Below, one piece after another: positions 24,072 through 35,307 of a DNA stretch of 64,000 bases. The stretch spans positions 397,891-461,890 of the forward strand of contig CAWHAE010000014.1 in assembly GCA_963827235.1 (NCBI GenBank), in the 5' to 3' direction. The notes under the pieces are model-generated. The model was not told the DNA's origin. It did no database searches and saw only the letters and a list, made by a program, of their open reading frames with translations. Numbering within the stretch: the first letter of the stretch is position 1; each line of letters starts with the position of its first letter. Made by a program: the position numbers and the translations under genes. The DNA is from an uncultured bacterium (GTDB lineage Bacteria; Chloroflexota; UBA5177; JANWHV01).

Positions 24072-24704
24072 CTAGACGCGGCGCGAGTAGTACTCGACGA
24101 TTAGCTGCTCGTGCACGCTCTGATCGCAGTCAGTCCGCTCGGGCAAAGAGAGCACGGATCCGGTCAGCCCGTCCCCCTGCGCACTCAGCCACTGCGGAAC
24201 CGGCTTGGAGCGCAGCGTCGCGGCTACATCCTTGAAGTACGTCAGGCTTCTGCTGTTGGGCCGCACGCTCACCACGTCGCCAACCCGTAGCCTGTGCGAT
24301 GGGATGCTCGCCTTTCGGCCGTTCACGAAGAAATGGCCGTGGTTCACCAGTTGCCGAGCCTGCTCCCGATTTGCGGCAAGTCCGAGCCGGAAAACGACGT
24401 TGTCCAGGCGAAGCTCGAGAAAGCGAAGCAGCGTCTCGCCAGTCATTCCCGCACGCTTGCTGGCTTCTCCGAATGTCTTCCTGAACTGCGATTCGAGCAC
24501 GCCGTAGATTCGGCGAGCTTTCTGCTTTTCGCGTAGCTGCAGACCATATTCCGATGGTTTGCGGCGACGCTGCTGATGTGGTCCCGGTGGATTCGGGCGG
24601 CGCTCGATCGCGCATTTCTTTGTCATGCACCGCTCACCCTTGAGGAACAGCTTTATGCCCTCACGGCGGCACAGCTTGCAGTCGGGCCCGGTATATCGTG
24701 CCAT
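24072..24704 (-). CDS. rpsD: 30S ribosomal protein S4 (Zn-binding type)
   Basis: [33 protein letters not shown]. Confidence 0.98.
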   Translation of the reverse strand: MARYTGPDCKLCRREGIKLFLKGERCMTKKCAIERRPNPPGPHQQRRRKPSEYGLQLREKQKARRIYGVLESQFRKTFGEASKRAGMTGETLLRFLELRLDNVVFRLGLAANREQARQLVNHGHFFVNGRKASIPSHRLRVGDVVSVRPNSRSLTYFKDVAATLRSKPVPQWLSAQGDGLTGSVLSLPERTDCDQSVHEQLIVEYYSRRV

Positions 24705-24808
24705 ATTGCGCGAAACGGTACCCAATCAAGACACTCGCTATCTGCTAGCCTGTGCCAGCTCCTCGCGCGTCCCAACCGGTACCTGACGCAACCTCCTCTC
24801 TTGATTAA

Positions 24809-25222
24809 TCAGACACGCCGCCGCTTCGGCGGGCGGCAGCCGTTGTGAGGAATTGGTGTGACGTCGGTGATGGAGCTTACGCTCAATCCAGCCTGCTGCA
24901 ATGCCCGGATCGCAGACTCACGTCCAGAGCCGGGGCCCTTCACGTAGACATCCACCTGTCGCATGCCGTGCTCGATCGCCTTCCGAGCAGCCACGTCGGC
25001 GCTCATTTGCGCGGCGTACGGCGTACTCTTCCTGCTGCCGCTGAATCCGGCCGCTCCCGCACTTCCCCAGCAGACGACTGCCCCGGTGGGATCGGTAATC
25101 GTCACAATGGTATTGTTGAACGTGGAATGGATATGGGCCTGCCCGATGGGCACGTTCTTTCGCTCACGGCGCCGACCGCGAACCGGACTCCTCCGTTTCG
25201 CGGGTGTCTTGGCGTCTGCCAT
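24809..25222 (-). CDS. rpsK: 30S ribosomal protein S11
   Basis: [22 protein letters not shown]. Confidence 0.98.
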   Translation of the reverse strand: MADAKTPAKRRSPVRGRRRERKNVPIGQAHIHSTFNNTIVTITDPTGAVVCWGSAGAAGFSGSRKSTPYAAQMSADVAARKAIEHGMRQVDVYVKGPGSGRESAIRALQQAGLSVSSITDVTPIPHNGCRPPKRRRV

Positions 25223-25291
25223 GTCGTTCCCCCCTGGCGCACCGAGGCGCGTCAATCACAGTCCGGCGAGAAGCCCGCGCCGGCTTCGCTA

Positions 25292-25669
25292 CTACTTCTT
25301 GGCCTTCTTGCGAGCGCCCACCGTCTTCTTTGCACCGCGCAGCGTGCGCGCGTTCGTGCGCGTCCGCTGGCCGCGACTGGGCAGCTTGCGGCGATGCCGG
25401 AGACCTCGGTAACTGCCGATCTCCTGAAGCCGCTTGATATTCAGCGCAATTTCCCGGCGTAAGTCACCTTCAACGCGGTAGTTGCGGTCGATATACTCAC
25501 GCAGCCTGTTGACTTCGTCTTCCGTTAGATCCTTGACCCGCGTATCCTCGTTCACGCCGACCGTGGCAAGTACCTTCTTGCTGGTGGTCGGGCCAATGCC
25601 GAAAATATAGGTCAGAGAGATCACCACGCGCTTATCGCGCGGAATATCGACACCGGCGATACGAGCCAA
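25292..25669 (-). CDS. rpsM: 30S ribosomal protein S13
   Basis: TTG start, [20 protein letters not shown]. Confidence 0.97.
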   Translation of the reverse strand: MARIAGVDIPRDKRVVISLTYIFGIGPTTSKKVLATVGVNEDTRVKDLTEDEVNRLREYIDRNYRVEGDLRREIALNIKRLQEIGSYRGLRHRRKLPSRGQRTRTNARTLRGAKKTVGARKKAKK

Positions 25670-25778
25670 TAGAACTCTCCTTATGATCGGGGGCCGAAAC
25701 CCGCCGCTTGCTTGACTGCCACTGGACGGCACGTGGCGAGAGAAGCTCCGGCGCAGCCGCGCTCCGGAGCTTCTGGAC

Positions 25779-25892
25779 CTAACCCTGGCGTTGCTTGTGC
25801 TTCGATTCCGAGCAAATGACCATCACCACGCCGTGGCGACGGATCAGCTTGCACTTCGGGCACCGCTTCTTCACCGAAGGCCGTACTTTCAT
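25779..25892 (-). CDS. rpmJ: 50S ribosomal protein L36 (not in ORF track)
   Basis: Hand translation [37 protein letters not shown]; GGAGAG RBS. Confidence 0.96.
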   Translation of the reverse strand: MKVRPSVKKRCPKCKLIRRHGVVMVICSESKHKQRQG

Positions 25893-25926
25893 TGAGAACT
25901 CTCCCTAGTAGAAGGCGCGACTACGA

Positions 25927-25935
25927 ATTATATCA
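25927..25935 (-). promoter_or_regulatory. extended -10 promoter for the rpmJ-alpha operon
   Basis: TGATATAAT (TGn-TATAAT) about 35 nt upstream of rpmJ. Confidence 0.6.
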
Positions 25936-25956
25936 CATGTTCCGCGCAGACTGACT

Positions 25957-26754
25957 CTATCCCGCCGCGAGCACCGGACCACGCGCCCACATCTTGGCCT
26001 GGTCGGACGGCTCGGTCAGCACCCGAGGTCCCGACTCGGTGATGGCGACAGTATGCTCAAAGTGAGCTGACAGCTTTCCGTCTTTGGTCACGATTGTCCA
26101 CTTGTCCTCGAGCACGAACGTCTCCGCCCCTCCGGCGTTGACCATGGGCTCGATAGTGAATACCATACCCGGTCGCAATACGATGCCTCGCGATGCCTGC
26201 CGGTAATTCGGGACCTGAGGCTCCTCCCACATGCTTCTGCCAATGCCGTGGCCGACCAAGTTGCGGACCACACTCAGTCCCTTGGACTCCACGAACTCGT
26301 GAATCGCAGCCGAGATGTCGTAGAGGTGCCTGCCGGGAGTTGCCAGGCTGATGCCAAGGGCAAGTGCTTGCTCCGTCGACTCGGCCAGATGCCTCGCTTG
26401 CGGCGAAAGCAATCCGACGCCGGCGGTAATAGCCGCGTCCCCGTGATAACCTCCGTAGATCGCCGCGATGTCTAGGCTGACCAGGTCGCCGGCGCGCAAG
26501 ATCCGTGGCCCGGGAATGCCATGTACCACCTCTTCGTTGACGGACACGCAGACCACGCCGTCGAACTTGACCGCGGCATAGCTGGTCACCGCGCCCTGGC
26601 TGGCCAGATACCGCTCCGCCAGGTCGTTGAGATGCCGCGTCGTTACCCCTTCGCGCAGCTCGCCACGAAGCATCAGCAACGTGTCTGCCACGATCTGCCC
26701 TGCCCGGCGCATTGTCTCTAGCTCGCGGGCCGATTTAATCCGGACGTTAGGCAT
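25957..26754 (-). CDS. map: methionine aminopeptidase type I
   Basis: SVNEEVVHGIPG, GHGIG, IEPMVN, SAHFEHT. Confidence 0.97.
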   Translation of the reverse strand: MPNVRIKSARELETMRRAGQIVADTLLMLRGELREGVTTRHLNDLAERYLASQGAVTSYAAVKFDGVVCVSVNEEVVHGIPGPRILRAGDLVSLDIAAIYGGYHGDAAITAGVGLLSPQARHLAESTEQALALGISLATPGRHLYDISAAIHEFVESKGLSVVRNLVGHGIGRSMWEEPQVPNYRQASRGIVLRPGMVFTIEPMVNAGGAETFVLEDKWTIVTKDGKLSAHFEHTVAITESGPRVLTEPSDQAKMWARGPVLAAG

Positions 26755-27403
26755 GTGTGACGATGCTCTCCTCGAGATCTTTGAACACGTCCTCGATGTC
26801 GCGCTCGCCGTCGAAGCTACGCACCAGGTTCCGGCCCTCGTAATACTGTATGATGGGCCAGGTCTCCCGGCGGTACACGCGAATTCGATTCTGTATCTTC
26901 TCTACGTTGTCGTCGGCGCGCACGAATAGCTGGCTGCCGCAGTTATCGCAGATCCCCGCAACCTTGGGCGGCATGGACACGAGGTTGTAGACCGCGTTGC
27001 AATTGGGACAGCTCAGCCTATCCAGCATTCGATGCAGAACGGTCTCCTCGCGGACGGCTAGCCGAACCACTATGTCGATCTTCCTGCCCTTGCCCTCCGC
27101 GGCGAGCGCCGTGTCGAGCGCTTGGGCCTGGGCCAGCGTGCGCGGATAACCGTCCAGAAGGACGCCGCGAGCACAGTCGGGCCTGCTGATGCGCTCCAGA
27201 ATCATGCTCGTCGTTAGGTCGTCGGGGACCAGTCCGCCCTGCTCGACGTAGCCCTTGGCCTTGAGTCCGAGCGGCGTACCCGCGCGCATCTCGGCGCGAA
27301 AGAAGTCGCCCGACGCTACATGAGCGATCATCAGCACGTCGGCGAGCTTCGCTGCTTGCGTGCCCTTGCCAGCGCCGGGGGGGCCGACGATGATGATGTT
27401 CAT
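26747..27403 (-). CDS. adk: adenylate kinase (Zn LID)
   Basis: GPPGAGKGTQA, LDGYPRT, CxxC...CxxC lid. Confidence 0.97.
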   Translation of the reverse strand: MNIIIVGPPGAGKGTQAAKLADVLMIAHVASGDFFRAEMRAGTPLGLKAKGYVEQGGLVPDDLTTSMILERISRPDCARGVLLDGYPRTLAQAQALDTALAAEGKGRKIDIVVRLAVREETVLHRMLDRLSCPNCNAVYNLVSMPPKVAGICDNCGSQLFVRADDNVEKIQNRIRVYRRETWPIIQYYEGRNLVRSFDGERDIEDVFKDLEESIVTHA

Positions 27404-27506
27404 AAGCAAAGCCTTTCGACGACGCGACAGCCGAGCAGGCTGCCGCGCTGCCACACGAAGGACCGCCCCGTCCGACAAGCCGGGACAGCAAGTAGCGCAG
27501 ACACGC

Positions 27507-28796
27507 TCAGCGGATGAAGCTCTGGTAGTTGCGCATCATCAGTTGAGCCTCGAGCTGCTTCATGGTGTCCAGCACTACGGCTACGACAATAAGCAGTGCC
27601 GTGCTGGTGATCGGCAGCTGCGACGTGTTCCCATAGAACGGCTTGGCAAGCAGCGGCAAGATCGCGACTATCGAGAGGAAGAGCGCTCCGGCCAGCGTGA
27701 TACGCGAAAGCACTCTGTTCAGGTAGTCCTCGGTATGCTTGCCCGGGCGATAACCGGGAATGAAACCGCCGTTCTTCTGCAGGTTCTCCGACAGCTTCTG
27801 CTGCTGCCACTGCACGGTTGTATAGAAGTACGTGAAGGCAAACACGAAGACAAACGTCAGAAGCCAATAGATGTTGCTGTTCTGGTTGAACGTGTTGGCG
27901 ATCCACGTGGCCGCGCTGCTGACCCAATGCGTGTGCGACGGCTCGAAGTAGCTGGCGATGATCGCCGGCGTCGTCACGATCGAAAAGGCGAAGATCAGCG
28001 GAATCATGCCCGCGGAATTCACGCGGAGCGGAATGTGCGTGCTCTGAGCCTGCGTCATGCGGCCACGCACCACTCTCCTCGCATACTGCACGGGGATGCG
28101 TCGCTGAGCCTCCTGCACGAACACGATCGCCGCTATCACGAAGACACCCGCTATAGCCAGCATGATCAGCTCTCCATAATTGCCGGCGCTCCACTGCGTG
28201 CCGACCGTTCCCGGCAGACGCGCGATGATGCCGGCAAAAATGATCAGCGACACACCGTTTCCGATTCCTGCCTCGGTAATCAGCTCGCCCAGCCAGATCA
28301 GGAACAGGGTGCCACAGGTGAGAATGGCCATGAAGCCCAGGGTGTCCCAGAAGTAGCCGCCGAAGAAACCGAAGTTGTGCTGGAACAGATTCGTGGTGTT
28401 GGACAGGAGGACACCCTGGCCATAGGCTTGCAGCGCGGCCAGAGGAATCGTGCACAGGCGCGTGATCTGGTTGAGCTTTGTGCGCCCTGCTTCACCCTCC
28501 CGGCTTATCTCCTCCAGTCGCGGAATCACCGGCATCAAGATCTGGATCGCGATCTGCGCCGTGATGTAGGGGTACACGCCCAGCGACACTATCGAGAAGC
28601 CGCCCGAGTTACCGGAGAACAGACTGAGCAGCTGAAAGATCTGGTACTGGCTGGTCAGTTGCTTCAGTGCGTTCGGGTCCACGTTCGGCACCGGTATCGA
28701 CGCCGCGAGCCGGTAGATGATGAGGATTCCCAACGTAAAGAGGAGCTTCCTCCTCAAATCGGGAAGCCTGAACGCATTGAGCGCTGCTTGCAACAT
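27507..28796 (-). CDS. secY: preprotein translocase SecY
   Basis: LGVYPYITAQI, GIGNGVSLIIFAGI, GGFIPGYRPG. Confidence 0.98.
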   Translation of the reverse strand: MLQAALNAFRLPDLRRKLLFTLGILIIYRLAASIPVPNVDPNALKQLTSQYQIFQLLSLFSGNSGGFSIVSLGVYPYITAQIAIQILMPVIPRLEEISREGEAGRTKLNQITRLCTIPLAALQAYGQGVLLSNTTNLFQHNFGFFGGYFWDTLGFMAILTCGTLFLIWLGELITEAGIGNGVSLIIFAGIIARLPGTVGTQWSAGNYGELIMLAIAGVFVIAAIVFVQEAQRRIPVQYARRVVRGRMTQAQSTHIPLRVNSAGMIPLIFAFSIVTTPAIIASYFEPSHTHWVSSAATWIANTFNQNSNIYWLLTFVFVFAFTYFYTTVQWQQQKLSENLQKNGGFIPGYRPGKHTEDYLNRVLSRITLAGALFLSIVAILPLLAKPFYGNTSQLPITSTALLIVVAVVLDTMKQLEAQLMMRNYQSFIR

Positions 28797-28807
28797 TAGG
28801 GGCCTCC

Positions 28808-29302
28808 TTAGGCGTCCGCTTCGCCTGGTGCATCGCCGCCAGTCTCACGAGCCGGAGCCCCGACGATTGTGCCGCCAGCGCTTTCAACCTTCGCCCTGGC
28901 TGCCTGCGTGAACTTGAGACCATCGATCGTGAGTGCTTTCTCGATGGTACCATTCGCAAGCAACTTCAGAGGCCGGGAATCACCCTCGCGTACCAGCCCG
29001 GCCTTCTCCAGGAGCGCACGATCGATCGTCGTGCCTGCCTCGAACTGCTCCAGATCCTCGAGCTTGACGATCTCATATTCCACCCGAAACGGATTCTTGA
29101 ATCCACGCCGGTGCGGCAGGCGCAGATGGATTGGGGTCTGCCCGCCCTCGAAGCGAGGATTCCAGCCCCCACCCGTGCGCGCCAACTGCCCTTTCGTGCC
29201 CCTGCCGGACGTCTTGCCGCGTCCAGAGCCATGCCCGCGCCCCAGGCGACGCTTCTGCCGATGTGTGCCTGGGTTGGGTTCCAAATCGTGCAGTCTCATC
29301 AC
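28808..29302 (-). CDS. rplO: 50S ribosomal protein L15
   Basis: GRGHGSGRGKTSGRG, FEGGQTP. Confidence 0.97.
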   Translation of the reverse strand: MMRLHDLEPNPGTHRQKRRLGRGHGSGRGKTSGRGTKGQLARTGGGWNPRFEGGQTPIHLRLPHRRGFKNPFRVEYEIVKLEDLEQFEAGTTIDRALLEKAGLVREGDSRPLKLLANGTIEKALTIDGLKFTQAARAKVESAGGTIVGAPARETGGDAPGEADA

Positions 29303-29505
29303 TGTCCCTCACTGGCTGCTTCTTCAGCCATTGCCTCGACCTCAACCAGATGGCGGACCGCAAGGAGCATGCCACGCAGCGAAGGAGAATCCTCCCGCTC
29401 AACCACGCTGTTCAGGTGTGTGAGCCCAAGCGCGCGAACAGTGTCGCGCTGGCGCCGGTTATAGCCAATGAAGCTCTTCTTGTAGCGAATACGAAGCCGT
29501 GCCAT
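29299..29505 (-). CDS. rpmD: 50S ribosomal protein L30
   Basis: KSFIG...TVRALGL...RGML..VRHLV. Confidence 0.95.
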   Translation of the reverse strand: MARLRIRYKKSFIGYNRRQRDTVRALGLTHLNSVVEREDSPSLRGMLLAVRHLVEVEAMAEEAASEGQ

Positions 29506-29509
29506 TGCG

Positions 29510-30025
29510 CTACGCCTCCGGACCGTGAAGAATGCGACCAACGCTCAGGCCACGGTTCTTGGCTTCGTCCTCGATGCGGCGAAGCGACGCCAGGGCCTTC
29601 ATCGTTGCCGTGACCACGTTGATCTTGTTGTTGCTGCCCAACGACTTGGTCAGTATGTCGTGAATGCCCGCCGACTCAACTACTGGGCGGACCGACTCGC
29701 CGGCGATCACACCGGTGCCCGGGGCTGCCGGTCGCAGCAGCACGCGCGCCGCGTTGTACCGCACCTCAATCGGATGCGGAATAGTCCCCTTCACCAGGGG
29801 AATGCGAATGAGATTCTTCTTCGCCGCCTCGACGCCCTTGCGAATTGCCTCGGGCACCTCGCCGGCCTTGCCGAGCCCGTAGCCGACGACTCCGTTGCCG
29901 TCGCCCACGACCACCACGGCGCTGAAGCTGAATCTCCGGCCGCCTTTGACCACCTTGGCAACGCGGTTGATCTGCACCACCCGCTCCTCAAGGTTGCCCA
30001 GGCTCGCTGGATCAATCTTCGCCAT
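29510..30025 (-). CDS. rpsE: 30S ribosomal protein S5
   Basis: [18 protein letters not shown]. Confidence 0.98.
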   Translation of the reverse strand: MAKIDPASLGNLEERVVQINRVAKVVKGGRRFSFSAVVVVGDGNGVVGYGLGKAGEVPEAIRKGVEAAKKNLIRIPLVKGTIPHPIEVRYNAARVLLRPAAPGTGVIAGESVRPVVESAGIHDILTKSLGSNNKINVVTATMKALASLRRIEDEAKNRGLSVGRILHGPEA

Positions 30026-30152
30026 CTCGTGTACCTCTCCTCAACCTCGGGCATTGCCCGGAATCCGTGACGACTAACGCGGGACGCCTCGTTCCGGTGC
30101 GTCATGCCCGATCGGAACCGCGGGCCGCCGGCTCATCTCCGGCTCGCACCGT

Positions 30153-30530
30153 CTAGAAATCCAGCCCGCCCTCGCGCGCGCCATCGGCCAGGGCCTTCAC
30201 ACGACCATGGTACAGATAGCCTGCCCGGTCGAAGACAACCTTGCTCAGGCCCTTCTCCTTCGCACGTTGGGCCAGCAGTTTTCCGACCTCCGTCGCCTGG
30301 ACAACCTTGCCCTTCCCGTCGGCCGAGGGCTCCGGCGAACGGAGCTCGTGATCGAGCGTCGAGGCAGCCACGAGCGTGTGGCCGTCTTCATCGTTAATAA
30401 TCTGTGCGTAGATATGCGCGCTGGAACGGAAGACGCACAAGCGCAGGCGCTCGGTGCTTCCGGAAATCTTGCCGCGAACCCGTTTGCGACGCCGCTCACG
30501 GGCGTCCCGTGCACTCTTCTTCGTTATCAT
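30153..30530 (-). CDS. rplR: 50S ribosomal protein L18
   Basis: [23 protein letters not shown]. Confidence 0.97.
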   Translation of the reverse strand: MITKKSARDARERRRKRVRGKISGSTERLRLCVFRSSAHIYAQIINDEDGHTLVAASTLDHELRSPEPSADGKGKVVQATEVGKLLAQRAKEKGLSKVVFDRAGYLYHGRVKALADGAREGGLDF

Positions 30531-30543
30531 CGACGCCCCTGCA

Positions 30544-31113
30544 CTACTTCTTTTTGCCGCCGACCTTGCCGGACTTGCCGGCCTTGCGGCGGATGACCTC
30601 ACCGGCGTACTTGATCCCTTTGCCCAGATATGGCTCGGGCTCCCGCCAGCGCCGGATAGAGGCGGCAGTCTCGCCGACAACCTGCTTGTCGATACCCATC
30701 ACCGTTACGCGGTGCGGCTCCGTGGCACGCCCCTCCTGTACGGAGAAGCTTATTCCTTCAGGAGCAACGATATTGACCGGATGAGAAAAGCCGAGCGCCA
30801 GCGTGAGGCCTTTCCCGGCCACCTGCGCCCGATAGCCCACGCCGTTGATCTCCAGCGTCTTGCTGAAACCTTGGGTCACCCCAACCACCATGTTGTCGAT
30901 CAGTGTCCTGGTCAGGCCATGGAGCGCGCGATGGACGTGCGAGTCGGAGGCTCGCTGCACGACCAGATGGCCGTCTTGCTGCTCGACGCTCACGCCGTCC
31001 GGCACTGTATGCTCGAGCTGGCCTTTCGGCCCCTTCACGCGTACCAGGCTGCCTTGTATGCTCACCGTAACGCCCGCGGGAACGGGGACGGGACGCCTTC
31101 CTATTCGTGACAT
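30544..31113 (-). CDS. rplF: 50S ribosomal protein L6
   Basis: [23 protein letters not shown]. Confidence 0.98.
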   Translation of the reverse strand: MSRIGRRPVPVPAGVTVSIQGSLVRVKGPKGQLEHTVPDGVSVEQQDGHLVVQRASDSHVHRALHGLTRTLIDNMVVGVTQGFSKTLEINGVGYRAQVAGKGLTLALGFSHPVNIVAPEGISFSVQEGRATEPHRVTVMGIDKQVVGETAASIRRWREPEPYLGKGIKYAGEVIRRKAGKSGKVGGKKK

Positions 31114-31130
31114 CGTTCTCTCCCGCCCTC

Positions 31131-31529
31131 CTACCAGACTTCACAGAGCAGCTCGCCGCCCACGCCGAGTCGCTTGGCATGCTGTCCGGTGACCACGCCT
31201 CGCGGCGTGGAGATAATGACCAGGCCAATACCGCCCAGCACGCGTGGAATCCGTTCCTTGCCGGCATAGATGCGCAGACCGGGTGTGCTGATTCGCTTCA
31301 AGTGCGTAATGACCGGGCGCCGCTGAGACGTATACTTCAGGGTTACGCGGATGGTGGCTTTCGCCCCTTCGCGGACAATCTCGAAGTCGCGGACAAAACC
31401 CTCGTCCTTCAGAATGGACGCGATTCGCTCCTTCAAATTGGAGTGCGGAATGTCGACCGTAGCATGTCTCGCCATGGCGCCATTGCGCAGACGCGTCAAC
31501 ATATCGCCGATAGGATCACTCAGCTGCAT
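31131..31529 (-). CDS. rpsH: 30S ribosomal protein S8
   Basis: [21 protein letters not shown]. Confidence 0.98.
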   Translation of the reverse strand: MQLSDPIGDMLTRLRNGAMARHATVDIPHSNLKERIASILKDEGFVRDFEIVREGAKATIRVTLKYTSQRRPVITHLKRISTPGLRIYAGKERIPRVLGGIGLVIISTPRGVVTGQHAKRLGVGGELLCEVW

Positions 31530-31540
31530 CTGACTCCTCC

Positions 31541-31726
31541 TTACCAGCTCGCTTTGGTCACGCCCGGCAGCTCGCCAAGCAAGGCCAATTCGCGGAAACA
31601 GATACGGCAGAGCGCAAACTTACGCATGTACGCACGCGAGCGCCCACACCGGAGGCAGCGATTGTGCTGCTGCACCTTGTGCTTTGGCGGTCGCTGCGAC
31701 TTGATGATCATGGACTTCTTAGCCAC
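31541..31726 (-). CDS. rpsN: 30S ribosomal protein S14 type Z
   Basis: 61 aa, CxxC...[12 protein letters not shown]. Confidence 0.97.
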   Translation of the reverse strand: MAKKSMIIKSQRPPKHKVQQHNRCLRCGRSRAYMRKFALCRICFRELALLGELPGVTKASW

Positions 31727-31886
31727 GGACCCTCCTGTCCCGTCTTACGGGATGGTTAGCGTGTCCTCACTCGAAGTAATAGACACGATTCCCTGGGTTT
31801 CAACCCAAGCCCGGCGATCGAAGCGAATCACCGGCCACCTCATCACATCTCACAAACCACTCTGCCCGCCACCATAGATAGCCTGC

Positions 31887-32432
31887 TCACGCCGCTCGGA
31901 ACGGCATGCCGAGCAACTGCAGCAGACGGCGGCCCTCCTCGTCCGATCGCGCGGTAGTCACGATGCTTACTTCCAAGCCGCGCAGCTTGTCCACCTTGTC
32001 GTAGTCGATCTCCGGAAACACGAGCTGCTCCCGCAAGCCCAGCGTATAGTTCCCGCGTCCGTCAAACGACCTTGGCGATACACCCTGGAAGTCGCGGATA
32101 CGCGGTAACGCCACCGTCATCAGACGGTCGAGAAACTCCCACATGCGCTCGCCACGCAGTGTCACCATGGCGCCGATCTCCATGCCCGCCCGGACCTTGA
32201 ACTGCGAGATGGACTTCTTCGCTTTGGTCACAACCGGCTTCTGCCCCACGATGATCTTGAGGTCGTTGACGGCCGCATCTACTGCCTTCGCGTTGCTCGT
32301 CGCCTCGCCAAGGCCGATGTTAATCACGATCTTGTTCACGGTGGGCAGCTGCATGGTGTTCTTGTAGCCGTACTCCTTCTGCAGCGCAGGGCCCACCTCC
32401 TGCGCGTATCGCTCCTTCAAGCGCGCGCCCAT
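31887..32432 (-). CDS. rplE: 50S ribosomal protein L5
   Basis: [27 protein letters not shown]. Confidence 0.98.
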   Translation of the reverse strand: MGARLKERYAQEVGPALQKEYGYKNTMQLPTVNKIVINIGLGEATSNAKAVDAAVNDLKIIVGQKPVVTKAKKSISQFKVRAGMEIGAMVTLRGERMWEFLDRLMTVALPRIRDFQGVSPRSFDGRGNYTLGLREQLVFPEIDYDKVDKLRGLEVSIVTTARSDEEGRRLLQLLGMPFRAA

Positions 32433-32434
32433 TC

Positions 32435-32779
32435 CTACCCCCTGTCGATCACTTGGTTGCACTTCCGGCAGACGCGGGCACGCCGGCCGTCGGCAAGCTG
32501 CGTCCTGCCGGTGCGTGTCGGCTTGCCGCACTGCGTGCAAATGAGCATCAGGTTTGAGATCTGAAGCGGCGCTTCGAATTCGATGATTCCCGCCTGGCGC
32601 ACGCCAGGGCGGCCTTTCGAGCTCTTCTTGACGAAGTTGACGCCGCCGACGACGGCACGCACGTTGTCCTGCTTGATGACCATGCGATTGATCGTGCCGT
32701 GCTTGCCGCGGTCCTTGCCGGCCAGCACGAGCACTTCATCGCCCTTCTTTACATGTGGCTTCGGCGCATAGCGATCCAT
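32435..32779 (-). CDS. rplX: 50S ribosomal protein L24
   Basis: [19 protein letters not shown] motif, EAPLQISN. Confidence 0.97.
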   Translation of the reverse strand: MDRYAPKPHVKKGDEVLVLAGKDRGKHGTINRMVIKQDNVRAVVGGVNFVKKSSKGRPGVRQAGIIEFEAPLQISNLMLICTQCGKPTRTGRTQLADGRRARVCRKCNQVIDRG

Positions 32780-32781
32780 GT

Positions 32782-33150
32782 TTAGAGCACCTCTGGCGCC
32801 TGCGACAAGATCTTGGTAAAGCCGCGCTCGCGAAGCTCGCGGGCGACCGGGCCAAAGATTCGAGTGCCGCGCGGGTTGTTCTGTACGTTGATGATCACGG
32901 CGGCATTGTCGTCAAAGCGGATATGTGAGCCGTCAATGCGACCGTACTCTTTCGCGGTCCGCACGATGACGGCGCGAACGACCTCGCCCTTCTTGACTGC
33001 CGCGCCCGGCGTGGCCACCTTTACAGAGGCAATAATCACGTCGCCGACGCGTGCGTATTTGCGGGCGCCACCACCCAGCACCCGGATACACATTATCTCC
33101 TTAGCCCCTGAATTGTCGGCCACTCGTAACCTAGTCTGGACTTGAATCAT
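32782..33150 (-). CDS. rplN: 50S ribosomal protein L14
   Basis: [16 protein letters not shown]. Confidence 0.98.
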   Translation of the reverse strand: MIQVQTRLRVADNSGAKEIMCIRVLGGGARKYARVGDVIIASVKVATPGAAVKKGEVVRAVIVRTAKEYGRIDGSHIRFDDNAAVIINVQNNPRGTRIFGPVARELRERGFTKILSQAPEVL

Positions 33151-33200
33151 TCCGAGGCTCCCCCCTCCTCGCAGCCACCGATGATGGCTCGCCGGGACGT

Positions 33201-33539
33201 CTAACCTTGCTCGGACAACACCGAGGCCGGAACGACGCCTTCCGTCGCGCGCACGTCGTGACCGATGATCTCGACCACACGCCAGCGCTTCTCTTTGCTG
33301 AGCGGTCGCGTCTCCTCAATGCGCACCGTGTCACCCGTCCGGCACTTGTTCTGCTCGTCATGTACCTTGAAGCGCTTGGTCACGCGAACTGTATGTTTGT
33401 AAAGTCGGTGTTTGCGCAGAGACTCCACGGCCACCACGACCGTCTTCTCCATCTTGTCGCTTACGACGCGCCCGACCTTCTGCTTCCGATTGCCGGCCGG
33501 CGACGACGGGGCAACCGCCTGCGTTGGCTCCTCAACCAT
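33201..33539 (-). CDS. rpsQ: 30S ribosomal protein S17
   Basis: [22 protein letters not shown]. Confidence 0.97.
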   Translation of the reverse strand: MVEEPTQAVAPSSPAGNRKQKVGRVVSDKMEKTVVVAVESLRKHRLYKHTVRVTKRFKVHDEQNKCRTGDTVRIEETRPLSKEKRWRVVEIIGHDVRATEGVVPASVLSEQG

Positions 33540-33745
33540 CAGATAGTCCTCCGAAGCTGATCCTCACGCAGCAGCGTCTTGACGCGAGCAATCTCGTGGC
33601 GCAACGTGGTCAGTCGCGCCGTATTGCTCGATTGCCTGTTGGCGAGCTGGAAGCGCAGCGTCGCCAACTCACCGCGCGCCTGCTCGAGCAGGATTTCCAA
33701 TTGGCTGGGCGTATTGGTCCGCAGCTCCTTCGTATGCCTACTCAT
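33539..33745 (-). CDS. rpmC: 50S ribosomal protein L29
   Basis: [14 protein letters not shown]; position in operon. Confidence 0.93.
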   Translation of the reverse strand: MSRHTKELRTNTPSQLEILLEQARGELATLRFQLANRQSSNTARLTTLRHEIARVKTLLREDQLRRTI

Positions 33746-34199
33746 CTGTCTCGTCCTCCGGTTCCTCCGAGGCGACATATTGCGACGCCGTCTCGGCGCG
33801 GGCGACGAATCGCGTTGGAATGGGCAGCTTGAAGGCCGCCAGGCGGAGCGCCTCGCGAGCATCCTCTTCCCGCACCCCGGCGATCTCGAACAGTACTCGC
33901 CCCGGCTTGACCACTACCACCCAGTGGTCGGGAGCTCCTTTGCCGCTTCCCATGCGGGTCTCAGCCGGCTTCGCAGTGACAGGCTTGGCCGGGAAGACAC
34001 GAATCCATATCTTTCCACCACGGCGCGTGTAGCGTGTGATCACGCGACGGGCTGCTTCGATCTGCTTGCTCTCGAGCCAGCACGTGCCGTAGGCCTGCAG
34101 GCCGTACTCACCGAACGCGACCTCTGTGCCGCGATGGGCCTGCCCCTTGCGCCGCCCCCGATGCACTTTCCGGTGCTTGACTCTCTTTGGCATCAACAT
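33738..34199 (-). CDS. rplP: 50S ribosomal protein L16
   Basis: [18 protein letters not shown]. Confidence 0.98.
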   Translation of the reverse strand: MLMPKRVKHRKVHRGRRKGQAHRGTEVAFGEYGLQAYGTCWLESKQIEAARRVITRYTRRGGKIWIRVFPAKPVTAKPAETRMGSGKGAPDHWVVVVKPGRVLFEIAGVREEDAREALRLAAFKLPIPTRFVARAETASQYVASEEPEDETDE

Positions 34200-34211
34200 G
34201 GTTGCTTACTC

Positions 34212-34952
34212 CTACACCGCGGGCCCGGACTGCGCACCCGCGCCCGATGCGCCGCGCGGAGCACGCGTCCGCCGCCGCTCCGGAGGCCGCTCGCCCGATG
34301 GCACGGCGTCGGTTTGCCGAAGCTGCCCGGGAAGCACATCGCCCCGATAAATCCAGACTTTCACCCCGATAACGCCGTAGGTGGTCTTGGCGATAGTAGT
34401 TCCGAAGTCGATGTCGGCTCGCAGGGTGTGCAACGGCACGCGGCCCTTGCGCTCCCATTCGCGGCGCGCCATCTCCGCACCACCCAGGCGTCCGGCGACG
34501 TTGATTCGTATGCCCTTGGCGCCGGCCTGCATTGCCCGCTGGACCGTCAGCTTCATGGCGCGCTTGAAGGCGACGCGCTTCTCCAGCTGCTCGGCGACGT
34601 TCCGCGCCACCAGCACAGCCGAAAGATCTGGCGACCGCAGCTCCAGGATATTCACCGCCACGCGCTTCCCTGTCTTCTGCTCGAGAAGCTTGCGCAGCTC
34701 GTCGACGTTCGCGCCGCTCTTGCCGATGATGATGCCGGGCTTGGCGGTGTGGATCATCACGGTGACCCGATTCGCCGCCCGCTCGATCTCGATCATGCTG
34801 ATGCCCGCGTTGCGATGCCGGGCGAATATCTCCGCGCGCAGCATCAGATCCTCGTGCAACAGCGTCTTGTACTCACGGCCGGCGTACCAGCGCGCCTGCC
34901 AAGTGCGGTTGATACCAAGCCTGAAGCCAACAGGATGTACCTTGTGCCCCAC
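34212..34952 (-). CDS. rpsC: 30S ribosomal protein S3
   Basis: [25 protein letters not shown]. Confidence 0.98.
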   Translation of the reverse strand: MGHKVHPVGFRLGINRTWQARWYAGREYKTLLHEDLMLRAEIFARHRNAGISMIEIERAANRVTVMIHTAKPGIIIGKSGANVDELRKLLEQKTGKRVAVNILELRSPDLSAVLVARNVAEQLEKRVAFKRAMKLTVQRAMQAGAKGIRINVAGRLGGAEMARREWERKGRVPLHTLRADIDFGTTIAKTTYGVIGVKVWIYRGDVLPGQLRQTDAVPSGERPPERRRTRAPRGASGAGAQSGPAV

Positions 34953-34955
34953 GCT

Positions 34956-35294
34956 CTACCCCCTATCCTCGACCACTACTGTGATGTGGGTGTGGCGCCG
35001 GAGCTTCGGCATCGCCCGGCCCTTCGAGACGCGCCAGGCGCGCTTGAAGGTCCGGCCTTCGTCCGCCGTGATCGTATGGATGTACAACTCAGCCGGCTCC
35101 AGCTGATAATTGTTCTCCGCGTTGGCAACCGCGGACTTGAGAACCTTGTAGACGTCCCTGGCGGCATGCTGCGGCATGAACTGCAGGATCGTCAGCGCTT
35201 CAGTCGCCTTTCGGCCGCGGACGGAGTCCAGTACCAACCGGACCTTGCGTACCGAGCCCTTGATGTCGCGGGCGACCGCTCGTGCCTGTGCCAT
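34956..35294 (-). CDS. rplV: 50S ribosomal protein L22
   Basis: KVRLV, SAVANAENN, THITVVV. Confidence 0.97.
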   Translation of the reverse strand: MAQARAVARDIKGSVRKVRLVLDSVRGRKATEALTILQFMPQHAARDVYKVLKSAVANAENNYQLEPAELYIHTITADEGRTFKRAWRVSKGRAMPKLRRHTHITVVVEDRG

Positions 35295-35307
35295 ACTCGT
35301 TCTCCCG

